NCBI GenBank assembly: GCA_964454175.1
Contig: CAYVSA010000021.1
Span: forward strand, 1-23,995
DNA from: an uncultured Pseudomonadota bacterium
Lineage (GTDB): Bacteria > BMS3Abin14
Direction: 5' to 3'
DNA: 23,995 bases
Shown: positions 1-8,007 of the stretch, one piece after another
How positions within the stretch are numbered: the first letter of the stretch is position 1
Layout: each line of letters opens with the position of its first letter
Program-made: the position numbers and the translations under genes
Notes under the pieces: model-generated
The model's input: only the letters and a program-made list of their open reading frames with translations
Database searches by the model: none
Told to the model about the DNA's origin: nothing

Positions 1-115
1 GTACAGGCTCCGGTTCCGGTGCTGGCTCGGCAGCGGCTTCTTCAGCTGGCGCTTCTTCAGGTACAGGCTCCGGTTCCGGTGCTGGCTCGGCAGCGGCTTC
101 TTCAGCTGGCGCTTC
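1..115. repeat. 60-bp-period tandem repeat inside the Rho-N protein (20-aa unit EAPAEEAAAEPAPEPEPVPE)
   Basis: Bases 1-55 are identical to 61-115; more copies may lie outside the window. Confidence 0.95.
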
Positions 116-295
116 CGCGGCCGTTACCTCTTCAGATGGTGCTTCTTCAGGGGCAGCCTGATCTGCTTTTTCGCTTGTTATAGCAGCAATAAGATCAGCT
201 TTTTTCATGGCTGAGTAGCCAGTCAGTCCAATTTCCTTTGCCATCTGCTTCAAGTCTGCAACTTTCATTGTTTCCAGGTTCATGTCATCTCCCAT
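1..295 (-). CDS. Rho termination factor N-terminal-domain protein with acidic Ala/Glu/Pro repeats (partial, runs off window start)
   Basis: Not in ORF track; manual translation from ATG 295: MGDDMNLETMKVADLKQMAKEIGLTGYSAMKKADLIAAITSEKADQAAPEEAP...; L-x-x-M-K-V-x-D-L-K-x-x-A-K-E-x-G-L-x-G-Y-S-x-M-K-K-x-D-L-I is the Rho_N pattern; SD AAAAGGAG just upstream. Confidence 0.8.
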   Translation of the reverse strand, partial: MGDDMNLETMKVADLKQMAKEIGLTGYSAMKKADLIAAITSEKADQAAPEEAPSEEVTAAEAPAEEAAAEPAPEPEPVPEEAPAEEAAAEPAPEPEPV

Positions 296-394
296 GGTGA
301 ACTCCTTTTCTTAATTGCCGCGACAGGTGCCCGGCTATTGTTGCGGCGGACCGAGGGTGGAAAAATGTCCGGCAACTGTTCATAATAGCCGTCA

Positions 395-1333
395 ATGACT
401 AGCAGAATGATGAAAAAGAGTCAACAGCCGCCTCTCCCCTACAGGTCTCTTGCCGGATACCTGCGCAGCATCTTTGGTGAGCCGGTCAGGAAAGTCCCGG
501 TGGACCCGGGGTTCGGCTGCCCTAACCGGGATGGAACAGTGGGCATCGACGGCTGCTCTTTCTGCAATCCGGAAAGCTTCGTCCCGCATTATGCTCTTAC
601 CGGGGGAGACCCCGTGGAGCAGGTCAGGAACCACCTCAAGGTGTTTCCAAAGTCCCGGTACATGATCTATCTGCAGGCTGGAACCGGGACCTACACCTCT
701 CCCGAAAAGTTCAGGTCCATGGTGGACAGGCTGATAGTGCTTGATGGAGCTGTGGGTCTGTTTGTGGGGACAAGGCCCGACTGCGTGGATGGTGAAATTC
801 TGGATGTGCTTACTCCCTATTCCGGCCGAAAACTGCTTTTCCTTGAGCTTGGTCTCCAGAGTGCTTCGGATGCTACCCTGGCCGCGATCGGCAGGGGACA
901 CGATGTTGCTGCCTTCATAAGGGCCAGGGCCGAGGCGCGAAAAAAGGAAATTCCCGTGTGTGCACACGTGATACTGGGGCTTCCCGGGGAGGATCACGGA
1001 GACATGATGGAAACTGCACGCTTCCTGGCCGACCAGGGTGTTGAGGGAGTCAAGATGCACCACCTTCAGGTAATAATGGGCACCCCCCTGGCAGAGTCCT
1101 GCATCAGGGGTGAACTGACGACCTTCGACCTCGATGAATATTCTGCCGTTGCAGCTGATTTTCTCGAAAGGCTTCGGCCGGACACAGTGATCCACAGGCT
1201 CGCTGCAGATGCCCCTGAGGACCTGCTTGTTGCGCCGAAATGGCCTTCACGACCGGGGGTTGCAGCAAAGATCAGTGAAAAGCTGCTTACACGAAAGAGT
1301 TTCCAGGGCAAACACTTCCGGGTCGGTGGATGA
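395..1333 (+). CDS. TIGR01212 family (YhcC/YtqA-like) radical SAM protein
   Basis: GFGCPNRDGTVGIDGCSFC cluster motif, GTRPDC, ELGLQS, HVILGLPGE, GVKMHHLQV; start could be 407 or 410. Confidence 0.9.
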   Translation: MTSRMMKKSQQPPLPYRSLAGYLRSIFGEPVRKVPVDPGFGCPNRDGTVGIDGCSFCNPESFVPHYALTGGDPVEQVRNHLKVFPKSRYMIYLQAGTGTYTSPEKFRSMVDRLIVLDGAVGLFVGTRPDCVDGEILDVLTPYSGRKLLFLELGLQSASDATLAAIGRGHDVAAFIRARAEARKKEIPVCAHVILGLPGEDHGDMMETARFLADQGVEGVKMHHLQVIMGTPLAESCIRGELTTFDLDEYSAVAADFLERLRPDTVIHRLAADAPEDLLVAPKWPSRPGVAAKISEKLLTRKSFQGKHFRVGG

Positions 1334-1336
1334 TGG

Positions 1337-2977
1337 TCAGGGAGCCCGGGTGATGTCCTGGTCGAGTTCCTTGAGGCTGCTGCTGATGGATTCCAGAAGA
1401 GGGGTCAGGGTTTTCCTGCGTTTGGCGCTGATGGAGAATGACGCATGACGCCGCTCGATGTTGGCGAGAGTTGACTTGTCTGCAATGTCAGCCTTGTTGA
1501 GCACCAGGAGCCGCGGAATGTGGCTGAGTCCCATTTCATCCAGTGTGGTGTTGACAGTGACGATCTGATTTTCAAGGTCCTGGTGGGAACAGTCCGCGAG
1601 ATGAAGTATCAGGTCGGCCTCACTTATTTCCTCAAAGGTAGCAGCGAAGGCGCGCATCAGCTCGGGGGGCAGGTCCCTGATGAGCCCGACTGTATCTGTG
1701 AGCAGGCATGCGGTATGGTCAGACATCTGCAGCTTTCGGCTGACAGGGTCCAGTGTCGCAAAGAGTTTATTCTCGGCGATCTCTTCGCTTTGCGTGAGGG
1801 TGTTGAGCAGAGTGCTTTTGCCCACGTTCGTATAGCCCACTATGGAAACCACCGGCAGTTTATTCTTCCTCCTTTTCCTGCGCTGGGTATACCGATCTTT
1901 CTTGAGATGCTCAAGCTGCCGCTTGAGTGTTGCAATACGATTCCTGATCCTTCTTCTGTCAACTTCAAGTTTTGTCTCCCCTGGCCCCCTGGTTCCAATG
2001 CCCCCCGCAAGGCGTGAAAGTGCTGTGCCCTTGCCGGTCAGCCTGGGAAGCAGGTAACGAAGCTGGGCAAGCTCGACCTGGATCTTGCCACCCCTGCTCC
2101 GGGCGTGCCGGGCGAATATGTCCAGGATGAGCATTGTCCGGTCTATGACTTTCAGCTCAGTAACTTCCGATATGGCCCTGAGCTGCGAGGGAGACAGTTC
2201 CCTGTCGAAGATGAGCATCTCGGCCCCGCGGTCAAGTGCCTCGATGGCTATTTCCCTGAGTTTGCCCTGTCCTACAACGTAGCGCGGATCGGGCTTGCCC
2301 CTGGGCTGGATGACTGATCCGGTGACCTCCATCCCGCCGGTCCTTGTCAGCTCGGATAGCTCTTCCATGGATTCTTCAGCCATTATGGAAGCCGAGCCCT
2401 TGAGTCCCACAAGCAGGGTCCTGGTAACGCCTTCGGTGATGCGGCCGCCGATGTGCCGGGAAAGCTCCTGTTCCGTTTCTCGGATGAGTTCTGCCGGGTT
2501 GCGGGGCAGGCCGGCTGAGTCCGGAAATGATCGAACTTCCCAGCGGTTTGCAGAAGCTGGTACGAGCATACCCAGGTGAGCCCTTCCGGGGAGACCGTCT
2601 TTTCTGGTGTGCACAGCAATGATCATGTCCAGCCGCAGGAGCAGAAGGTCAGTCAGGTCCTCCCTGGACAGGGCAGAGTCTTCCAGGTGTGTGTGGACGA
2701 GGCGAAGGCCTTTGAGCCTTCCCGGGCTGACCCGGTATCGGGAAAGGTCTGGTATCAGGATGCCTTTCGGATTCCCCGCAAGGACGAGTTCCACGGCCCC
2801 CGCCCGGTTTATCAGTACGCCGAGCTGCCTGCCCGTGTCGCGGGAAAGAGCAGTGAGCGTTTTAAGCGTTTCCGGATAGATGATCACTTCGGGATGGGGC
2901 TTGGTTTTTCCAAGGCGCTGCAGCCGGCGGATCTGGCTGGGCTTCAGGCCGGTAGTTTTTCCCTCTAGTCTGGCGAT
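1337..2977 (-). CDS. hflX: GTPase HflX, long N-terminal form; probable ATC start at 2977 (first canonical start is GTG 2887)
   Basis: GYTNVGKSTL (G1), LFATLDP (G2), DTVG (G3), NKAD (G4), GGIGTRGPGETKLEVDRR, LILDIFA; in-frame upstream extension IARLEGKTTGLKPSQIRRLQRL; SD AGGAG at 2989-2985. Confidence 0.93.
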   Translation of the reverse strand: MARLEGKTTGLKPSQIRRLQRLGKTKPHPEVIIYPETLKTLTALSRDTGRQLGVLINRAGAVELVLAGNPKGILIPDLSRYRVSPGRLKGLRLVHTHLEDSALSREDLTDLLLLRLDMIIAVHTRKDGLPGRAHLGMLVPASANRWEVRSFPDSAGLPRNPAELIRETEQELSRHIGGRITEGVTRTLLVGLKGSASIMAEESMEELSELTRTGGMEVTGSVIQPRGKPDPRYVVGQGKLREIAIEALDRGAEMLIFDRELSPSQLRAISEVTELKVIDRTMLILDIFARHARSRGGKIQVELAQLRYLLPRLTGKGTALSRLAGGIGTRGPGETKLEVDRRRIRNRIATLKRQLEHLKKDRYTQRRKRRKNKLPVVSIVGYTNVGKSTLLNTLTQSEEIAENKLFATLDPVSRKLQMSDHTACLLTDTVGLIRDLPPELMRAFAATFEEISEADLILHLADCSHQDLENQIVTVNTTLDEMGLSHIPRLLVLNKADIADKSTLANIERRHASFSISAKRRKTLTPLLESISSSLKELDQDITRAP

Positions 2978-3026
2978 CTCGTTGCTCCTGCCCTGCCGTT
3001 ACCAGGGCGGTCCGGAAATGCTTGTT

Positions 3027-3731
3027 TTAAGGGCTTGAATCTCTGTGCATCATGGAAAGAAAACTCTTTAGACGGTTTTCGTCTTCTGGACTGAGGGTGA
3101 GAAACTCGATGCCGATACCTTCTGACGAGCCTTCCCTCCCGGGAGAAGTCCACCTCACAACCGCCCTGGTGAAGATAGTGCAGCCTGTGTCCGGGAGCTC
3201 GAAAGACAGTTCGACCGATCTGCCCTTTCCGGGCGCCGGTGAAATGGCAATGAAGGCACCACCCAGGGCAATACTTGTGATGATGCAGCCTGTTGAATGG
3301 CCGTCCGTCACAACCCTGCAGGAGAGGCTTGCAGGCACCCTCTTAAATCGTCTTTTAGCGACCTTGAGATTCTCTTCAATGGTGGCAAGGAGGGTGTCGC
3401 GCTGAATGGGCTTTGACACGAAGCCATTGCATCCGGCTGCGTAGCATCTTTCCAGAACGCCTTCAACGGTGTCCGAACAGGTCATTATAACCGGAGTCTT
3501 GCTGGTCGCGGGGTTTTCCTTGATGAGTCGGCAGACCTCATCACCGTTCATGCCAGGCATGAAAAGGTCCACCAGGACCAGGTCAGGTTCAACCCGCTTC
3601 ATGGCCTCCAGGGCATCTTCGCCCGACCGCGCCGTGAACACCGTAAGTGACTCCCTGGCCAGAAAGCTTTTCTCAAGGTCCAAAAAGAGATCTACGTCAT
3701 CAACGAGAAGGATTTTAATTTCGTCTGCCAG
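3027..3731 (-). CDS. Response regulator with receiver and C-terminal PilZ domain; probable CTG start at 3731
   Basis: The receiver's first strand and acidic pocket (KILLVDD) lie upstream of the track's TTG 3683; LVDLFMPGMNG, FVSKP; PilZ-like RRFKR and SIALGGAFI, ending GIGIEF. Confidence 0.85.
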   Translation of the reverse strand: MADEIKILLVDDVDLFLDLEKSFLARESLTVFTARSGEDALEAMKRVEPDLVLVDLFMPGMNGDEVCRLIKENPATSKTPVIMTCSDTVEGVLERCYAAGCNGFVSKPIQRDTLLATIEENLKVAKRRFKRVPASLSCRVVTDGHSTGCIITSIALGGAFIAISPAPGKGRSVELSFELPDTGCTIFTRAVVRWTSPGREGSSEGIGIEFLTLSPEDENRLKSFLSMMHRDSSP

Positions 3732-3915
3732 TTTCTTAGCCTCACGATATCATGTTGAGTCTTTCGCCATGGCCCGGTTTGAGCTACTATTAACGACCAC
3801 AGCTTCTCACCTGACTGGAGCTTTATCTTTTCGGGTAATTGCCGTTCTGTCAAGGACGTCCTGGCGTGGATGGCTGGAGATGCTCAACTTTTGAACCAGC
3901 TGATCAGGGTCTGAT

Positions 3916-4929
3916 TTGTTCTCATCCGCATCTGTAAAACAAGCTGTACTGACTCTGGGCGCTGCTGCCGCCCTGATGCTCTTTGCACAGGGTGCGTCAG
4001 GGTCAATCACATGCAGCCAGTGTCACGGCGCCTGGATCGACCATGTGTCCACTCGGAGCGTGCTGCACTCCCCTTTTGCTGGAGAGGAATGTGAATCGTG
4101 TCATCGCGACCACGGTAAGACCAACGAGCTGACCCTCACATCCGAATCAACTGAACTGTGTCTGGGCTGTCACCTGAGCCCGGGGGATGGCTCCCTGGCC
4201 CATGTACCGGATAAGAAAGCCTGCCTGTCGTGCCACGATCCCCACGGCTCACGTGGGCCTGGCCTGACCAGAAAACCTTTTACCGATCTTTGCCTGGAGT
4301 GTCACGGCACCGTTGTGAAGGCATCTTACGTCCACAGGGCGCTTTCCGAAAAAGGATGCGGTGAATGTCACACTCCCCACAGTTCGAGTTTCGGGATGCT
4401 GTTGAAATCTGAACAGTCGAAGATCTGTAACAGCTGCCACGCTGTGCTGAACGGTGAAGAGAATGCTCATACAGCCCTTGTGGAATACAGTTGTACAGGC
4501 TGCCATGACCCGCACTCCTCAACAGAGTACCGGCTCCTGAAAGATGTATACGATGACAGGCTGTTTCCAGGCGCCTACAGCCAGGACAAATACAGTCTTT
4601 GTTTTAAATGTCACGACACCTTCCTGGTAACGGGAAAAGATGCCAGCGATACCCGGTTCAGGAACGGCGAGGTGAACCTTCACACCGTGCATGTTGTGGG
4701 TACCGTCCGGTACGAGGGAAAAGGACTGACTTTGTGGGGGAGATCGAGATCATGTGCCAATTGCCACGACCCTCACGGGGCAGTTGGGCCCTTTGACCTG
4801 AAAAAGTATATCGCCTGTACTGAAACTGTGTGCAGGACCCTCACATTCTTTCCGGAGCCGCAGGGAGGCAGGTGCCTTGTCGACTGTCACAAGAGTGCTT
4901 CCTACAACCGCGGCCCGATCCAGCCGTGA
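3916..4929 (+). CDS. Periplasmic multiheme c-type cytochrome (10 CXXCH + 1 CX3CH)
   Basis: CSQCH, CESCH, CLGCH, CLSCH, CLECH, CGECH, CNSCH, CTGCH, CFKCH, CANCH and CLVDCH; N-terminal hydrophobic signal; CHxPH paired-heme repeats. TTG start uncertain. Confidence 0.9.
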   Translation: MFSSASVKQAVLTLGAAAALMLFAQGASGSITCSQCHGAWIDHVSTRSVLHSPFAGEECESCHRDHGKTNELTLTSESTELCLGCHLSPGDGSLAHVPDKKACLSCHDPHGSRGPGLTRKPFTDLCLECHGTVVKASYVHRALSEKGCGECHTPHSSSFGMLLKSEQSKICNSCHAVLNGEENAHTALVEYSCTGCHDPHSSTEYRLLKDVYDDRLFPGAYSQDKYSLCFKCHDTFLVTGKDASDTRFRNGEVNLHTVHVVGTVRYEGKGLTLWGRSRSCANCHDPHGAVGPFDLKKYIACTETVCRTLTFFPEPQGGRCLVDCHKSASYNRGPIQP

Positions 4930-5051
4930 TACTACCCTGGCAAACATAAAACATCTGCAGCAGCCATGGCCCGCCTTGCGGAGCTCTCTTGATAATGATG
5001 TAAGTCCTTGATCTAAAAGTCATAAAGAGGGTTGTCCGGGAAAATTACAGC

Positions 5052-5080
5052 TTGACATAAAGTCTGGTGTCTGGTAGCAA
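5052..5080 (+). promoter_or_regulatory. Possible sigma70 promoter for the second cytochrome
   Basis: TTGACA 5052-5057, 17-nt spacer ending TGG, weak -10 TAGCAA. Confidence 0.35.
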
Positions 5081-5172
5081 ATCCCAGTTTGTTTGATCAC
5101 CGATGGTTTTTTTCAGGACGGCTGAGCCGGGTTCTCCGGGACCGGTGAATTCAGTCGTACCGTGAGGTTTTT

Positions 5173-6183
5173 ATGTCAATAATCACCAGAGTGCTGACTC
5201 TGTGCGCAGCGGCCGTCATTCTGCTGTTTTCATCTACTGCATGGAGCCAGTGCTCAAAGTGTCATGAGGACTGGACCAGAAGCCTGCAGCAGAACAAGAT
5301 CATACACTCCGCCCTGGAGGACGATGGGTGCGAGGACTGTCACGATGATCACGGTGATAATGGCCGCCTGGTCCTGGTAGAAGACGGGAACAACCTGTGT
5401 CTCCAGTGCCATGACGGTCCAGAAGACGGTGCATCGGTCCACGAAGCACTGTCAGATGGTGACTGTACCGACTGCCACGATCCTCACGGCTCAAACAACA
5501 GTTCGCTGCTGGTAGAAACCCTGCCTGAGCTGTGCTTCCAATGTCACGATGACCCTGGTCAGGGAAAGTCTGTCCACGAGGTTGTGTCAGACGGAAGCTG
5601 TACCGACTGCCACGATCCTCACGCTTCAAAAAACAGTGCTCTTCTGGTGGAGGGAACACCGGGCCTGTGCCTTCAGTGCCATGATGTGCCGGAAAACCCC
5701 GGCAGCAAAGCGCACACAGCACTAACCGAGGGAGACTGTACTGACTGCCACAGAGCCCACGCCTCTGAAGAACCTCGACTCCTGGTCGAGCACTACGAGA
5801 CAAAAAGGTTCCCGGGCACTTTCGTCGAGGAGATGTATTCGCTCTGCTTCCAGTGCCATGAAGCGGAACTGGTAACCGGTCCCGCCCGGAGCACCGGATT
5901 CCGAAGTGGTTCAAAAAACCTTCATAACCTCCATGTTATGGGTGAGCTGAAGCCCAACAAATACGGTATTGTCAGGAGAGGCAAGGCCCGGTCTTGTTCC
6001 ATCTGTCACCAGCCCCATGGCTCCGAACAGGGGTTTAACCTCGTGAAGGAGTACAGGCACAACGGTATCCTGTTCTTTGCCCTTGATTATACTCCCACCG
6101 AAAACGGGGGGCGCTGTGTCGTGGGGTGTCACAAACCGAGAAGCTACAGCAGGTCTGTCCCGCAGGCGGGGAAGGCCGATTGA
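5173..6183 (+). CDS. Periplasmic multiheme c-type cytochrome (10 CXXCH + 1 CX3CH), paralog of the upstream gene
   Basis: Signal peptide ending AWS; CSKCH, CEDCH, CLQCH, CTDCH, CFQCH, CTDCH, CLQCH, CTDCH, CFQCH, CSICH, CVVGCH; SD GAGG; internal repeats of about 45 aa. Confidence 0.93.
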   Translation: MSIITRVLTLCAAAVILLFSSTAWSQCSKCHEDWTRSLQQNKIIHSALEDDGCEDCHDDHGDNGRLVLVEDGNNLCLQCHDGPEDGASVHEALSDGDCTDCHDPHGSNNSSLLVETLPELCFQCHDDPGQGKSVHEVVSDGSCTDCHDPHASKNSALLVEGTPGLCLQCHDVPENPGSKAHTALTEGDCTDCHRAHASEEPRLLVEHYETKRFPGTFVEEMYSLCFQCHEAELVTGPARSTGFRSGSKNLHNLHVMGELKPNKYGIVRRGKARSCSICHQPHGSEQGFNLVKEYRHNGILFFALDYTPTENGGRCVVGCHKPRSYSRSVPQAGKAD

Positions 6184-6201
6184 TGCACTTTCTGTCTGCA
6201 A

Positions 6202-6792
6202 TTACCTGACTTCAAGACGTTTTATCACACTATCCCAGAGTTTGCCCGGGTTGAAGGACGAATCCTTCGCCGAGAAGGGAATAACGTCCGCCGAGGGAAC
6301 GGATATATCACGGGCTATTACGGAAATAGATCGCAGACCAGCTGACCGGGAGATCTTGTCAGCCTTTGTGGCGACTACGAGGAACGGTATTTCTCTCTGG
6401 GTCAGGATGTGATTTACGGCAAGATCGTTGCCAGTGGGAGGGTGCCTGATGTCGATGAGCTGCAGTGCCAGATCGGGCCCTGAATCCCTGTCGAGGTAAG
6501 CTTCCACCAGATCCTTCCATCCAGATGCAATTGCCCTCGGCGCCTTGGAAAAGCCGTAACCCGGAAGATCCACCAGCATAACAGAGCCGTTAACCAGGTA
6601 GAAGAATATCCCCCTGGTTTTGCCCGGTGTAGAACTTGTTTTTACAAGTTTTTTCCGCCGCATCATCTTCGCCAGCAGGGATGATTTTCCCACGTTGGAA
6701 CGGCCCATCACAGCCACCTGCGGCAAGGCGATGTGGGGAAGCTGACCTGTGTTGAATGCCTGATCAAAAAGCTCTGCCGAGATTATCTTCAT
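6202..6792 (-). CDS. engB: Ribosome biogenesis GTP-binding protein EngB/YihA/YsxC
   Basis: GRSNVGKSSL, KTSSTPGKT, VDLPGYG, TKADK; MKIISAEL at ATG 6792 fits the family N-terminus better than the track start 6834. Confidence 0.93.
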   Translation of the reverse strand: MKIISAELFDQAFNTGQLPHIALPQVAVMGRSNVGKSSLLAKMMRRKKLVKTSSTPGKTRGIFFYLVNGSVMLVDLPGYGFSKAPRAIASGWKDLVEAYLDRDSGPDLALQLIDIRHPPTGNDLAVNHILTQREIPFLVVATKADKISRSAGLRSISVIARDISVPSADVIPFSAKDSSFNPGKLWDSVIKRLEVR

Positions 6793-6801
6793 ACCCCGCA
6801 A

Positions 6802-6831
6802 AAAGTACCATGACCATGATTTGGTCGTCAA
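6802..6831 (-). promoter_or_regulatory. Putative sigma70 promoter of engB
   Basis: Minus strand TTGACG (6831-6826), 18-nt spacer ending TGG, TACTTT (6807-6802). Confidence 0.5.
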
Positions 6832-6847
6832 CATGAGCTAAACCCCC

Positions 6848-6876
6848 TTGACATTGGACCGTCCGCTCCATATAAA
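6848..6876 (+). promoter_or_regulatory. Putative sigma70 promoter for the nfnAB operon or its leader RNA
   Basis: TTGACA (6848-6853), 17-nt spacer, TATAAA (6871-6876); back-to-back with the engB promoter. Confidence 0.6.
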
Positions 6877-7163
6877 AGTCCGGCCATAAAATGCGGCTGT
6901 CGTATCGGTCTTTTCCCGCGGGCAGTGAAGAGGTGTGCCCGGTTCCGGCAGCCGAACCGATGACAGCCAGATTGCGCCGGGAACCTGTTTGAGGGTCGCC
7001 TGAGCGCGGAATTCGTGATACCTTACCGGTTCGTGCCCGGGCATCTGCCAATGGTCGGGCGCATTATTTTTGCCGAGCACAGGCATGCCTGGATTCAAAT
7101 GCGATATCCTCTTGTATAGGAGGGGTCGCCGGGATATATCAAGGGGAGGAGGCAAGAGATACC

Positions 7164-7994
7164 GTGTTTAAGATCACTGACAAGAAAAGTCTTGCACACG
7201 ATGTGCATTCCATTGAGGTGGAGGCTCCTTACGTTGCCTCCAAGACTCTGCCGGGGCAGTTTGTCATAATCAAGATCAACGAAGAGGGAGAGAGAATACC
7301 CCTGACCGTTGCGGACAGCCATCCCAAAAGAGGAGCCATCACACTGATATTCCAGGAAGTGGGAAAGAGCACAATGCAGTTGGGAGCCATGTCCTCAGGC
7401 GACTTTCTGGAAGATGTCGTCGGTCCCCTGGGAATACCCAGCCATGTGAAGAAACTGGGCCTGGTGGTCTGTGTGGGAGGCGGCATTGGCATAGCGCCGG
7501 TCCATCCCATCGCCAGAGGGTTCAGGGATGCCGGCAGCAAGGTTATCTCCATCCTGGGATCCCGGTCCAAAGACCTGCTGATCATGGAAAATGAGATGAA
7601 AAAAGCCAGCAGTGAACTCCTTATCTGCACGGATGATGGGAGTTACGGCAAGAAAGGGTTCGTGACCAACGTTCTGGAGGACCTCATTAACAACGGCAGC
7701 CCCATTGACCTGGTGGTGGCCATCGGCCCTGTTCCCATGATGGAGGCGGTCTGCAAGCTGACAAAACCCTATGAGATCGAGACCATGGTCAGCCTCAACC
7801 CGATCATGGTGGACGGGACCGGCATGTGCGGGGCCTGCAGGGTCACTGTCGGCGGTGAAACAAAGTTTGTCTGCGTCGACGGCCCGGACTTCGACGGGCA
7901 CCAGGTGGACTTCGGAGAGCTCAGGTTGCGCCAGAGGATGTATCTCAAGGAGGAAAGAGAGGCCATCGAGGCTTTAACCTATATAGGTGAGTGA
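7164..7994 (+). CDS. nfnA: NfnA/SudB-like FAD/NAD-binding [2Fe-2S] subunit of electron-bifurcating transhydrogenase
   Basis: GERIPLT, VGPLG, VGGGIGIAP, TDDGSYG, AIGPVPMM, SLNPIMVDGTGMCGACRVTVGGETKFVCVDGPDFDGH; GTG start with SD GGAGG. Confidence 0.9.
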   Translation: MFKITDKKSLAHDVHSIEVEAPYVASKTLPGQFVIIKINEEGERIPLTVADSHPKRGAITLIFQEVGKSTMQLGAMSSGDFLEDVVGPLGIPSHVKKLGLVVCVGGGIGIAPVHPIARGFRDAGSKVISILGSRSKDLLIMENEMKKASSELLICTDDGSYGKKGFVTNVLEDLINNGSPIDLVVAIGPVPMMEAVCKLTKPYEIETMVSLNPIMVDGTGMCGACRVTVGGETKFVCVDGPDFDGHQVDFGELRLRQRMYLKEEREAIEALTYIGE

Positions 7995-8007
7995 AGAAGG
8001 GATATCC

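Noticed and set aside
395-1333. Radical SAM enzyme (or the C-N hydrolase at 19221) as the peptide's maturase
   Set aside because: TIGR01212 type with no SPASM or RRE features, 11 kb away and cytoplasmic; nothing links either gene to the peptide locus.
6925-6960. Resemblance to lysine or SAM-I riboswitch fragments (GTGAAGAGGTG, CGGCAGCC, GCCGAA)
   Set aside because: Required helices and spacing are absent; kept only as an unclassified structured leader.
6764-7155. Minus-strand ORFs 6838-7155 and 6764-7051
   Set aside because: No recognisable motifs; they overlap the divergent promoters and the structured leader.
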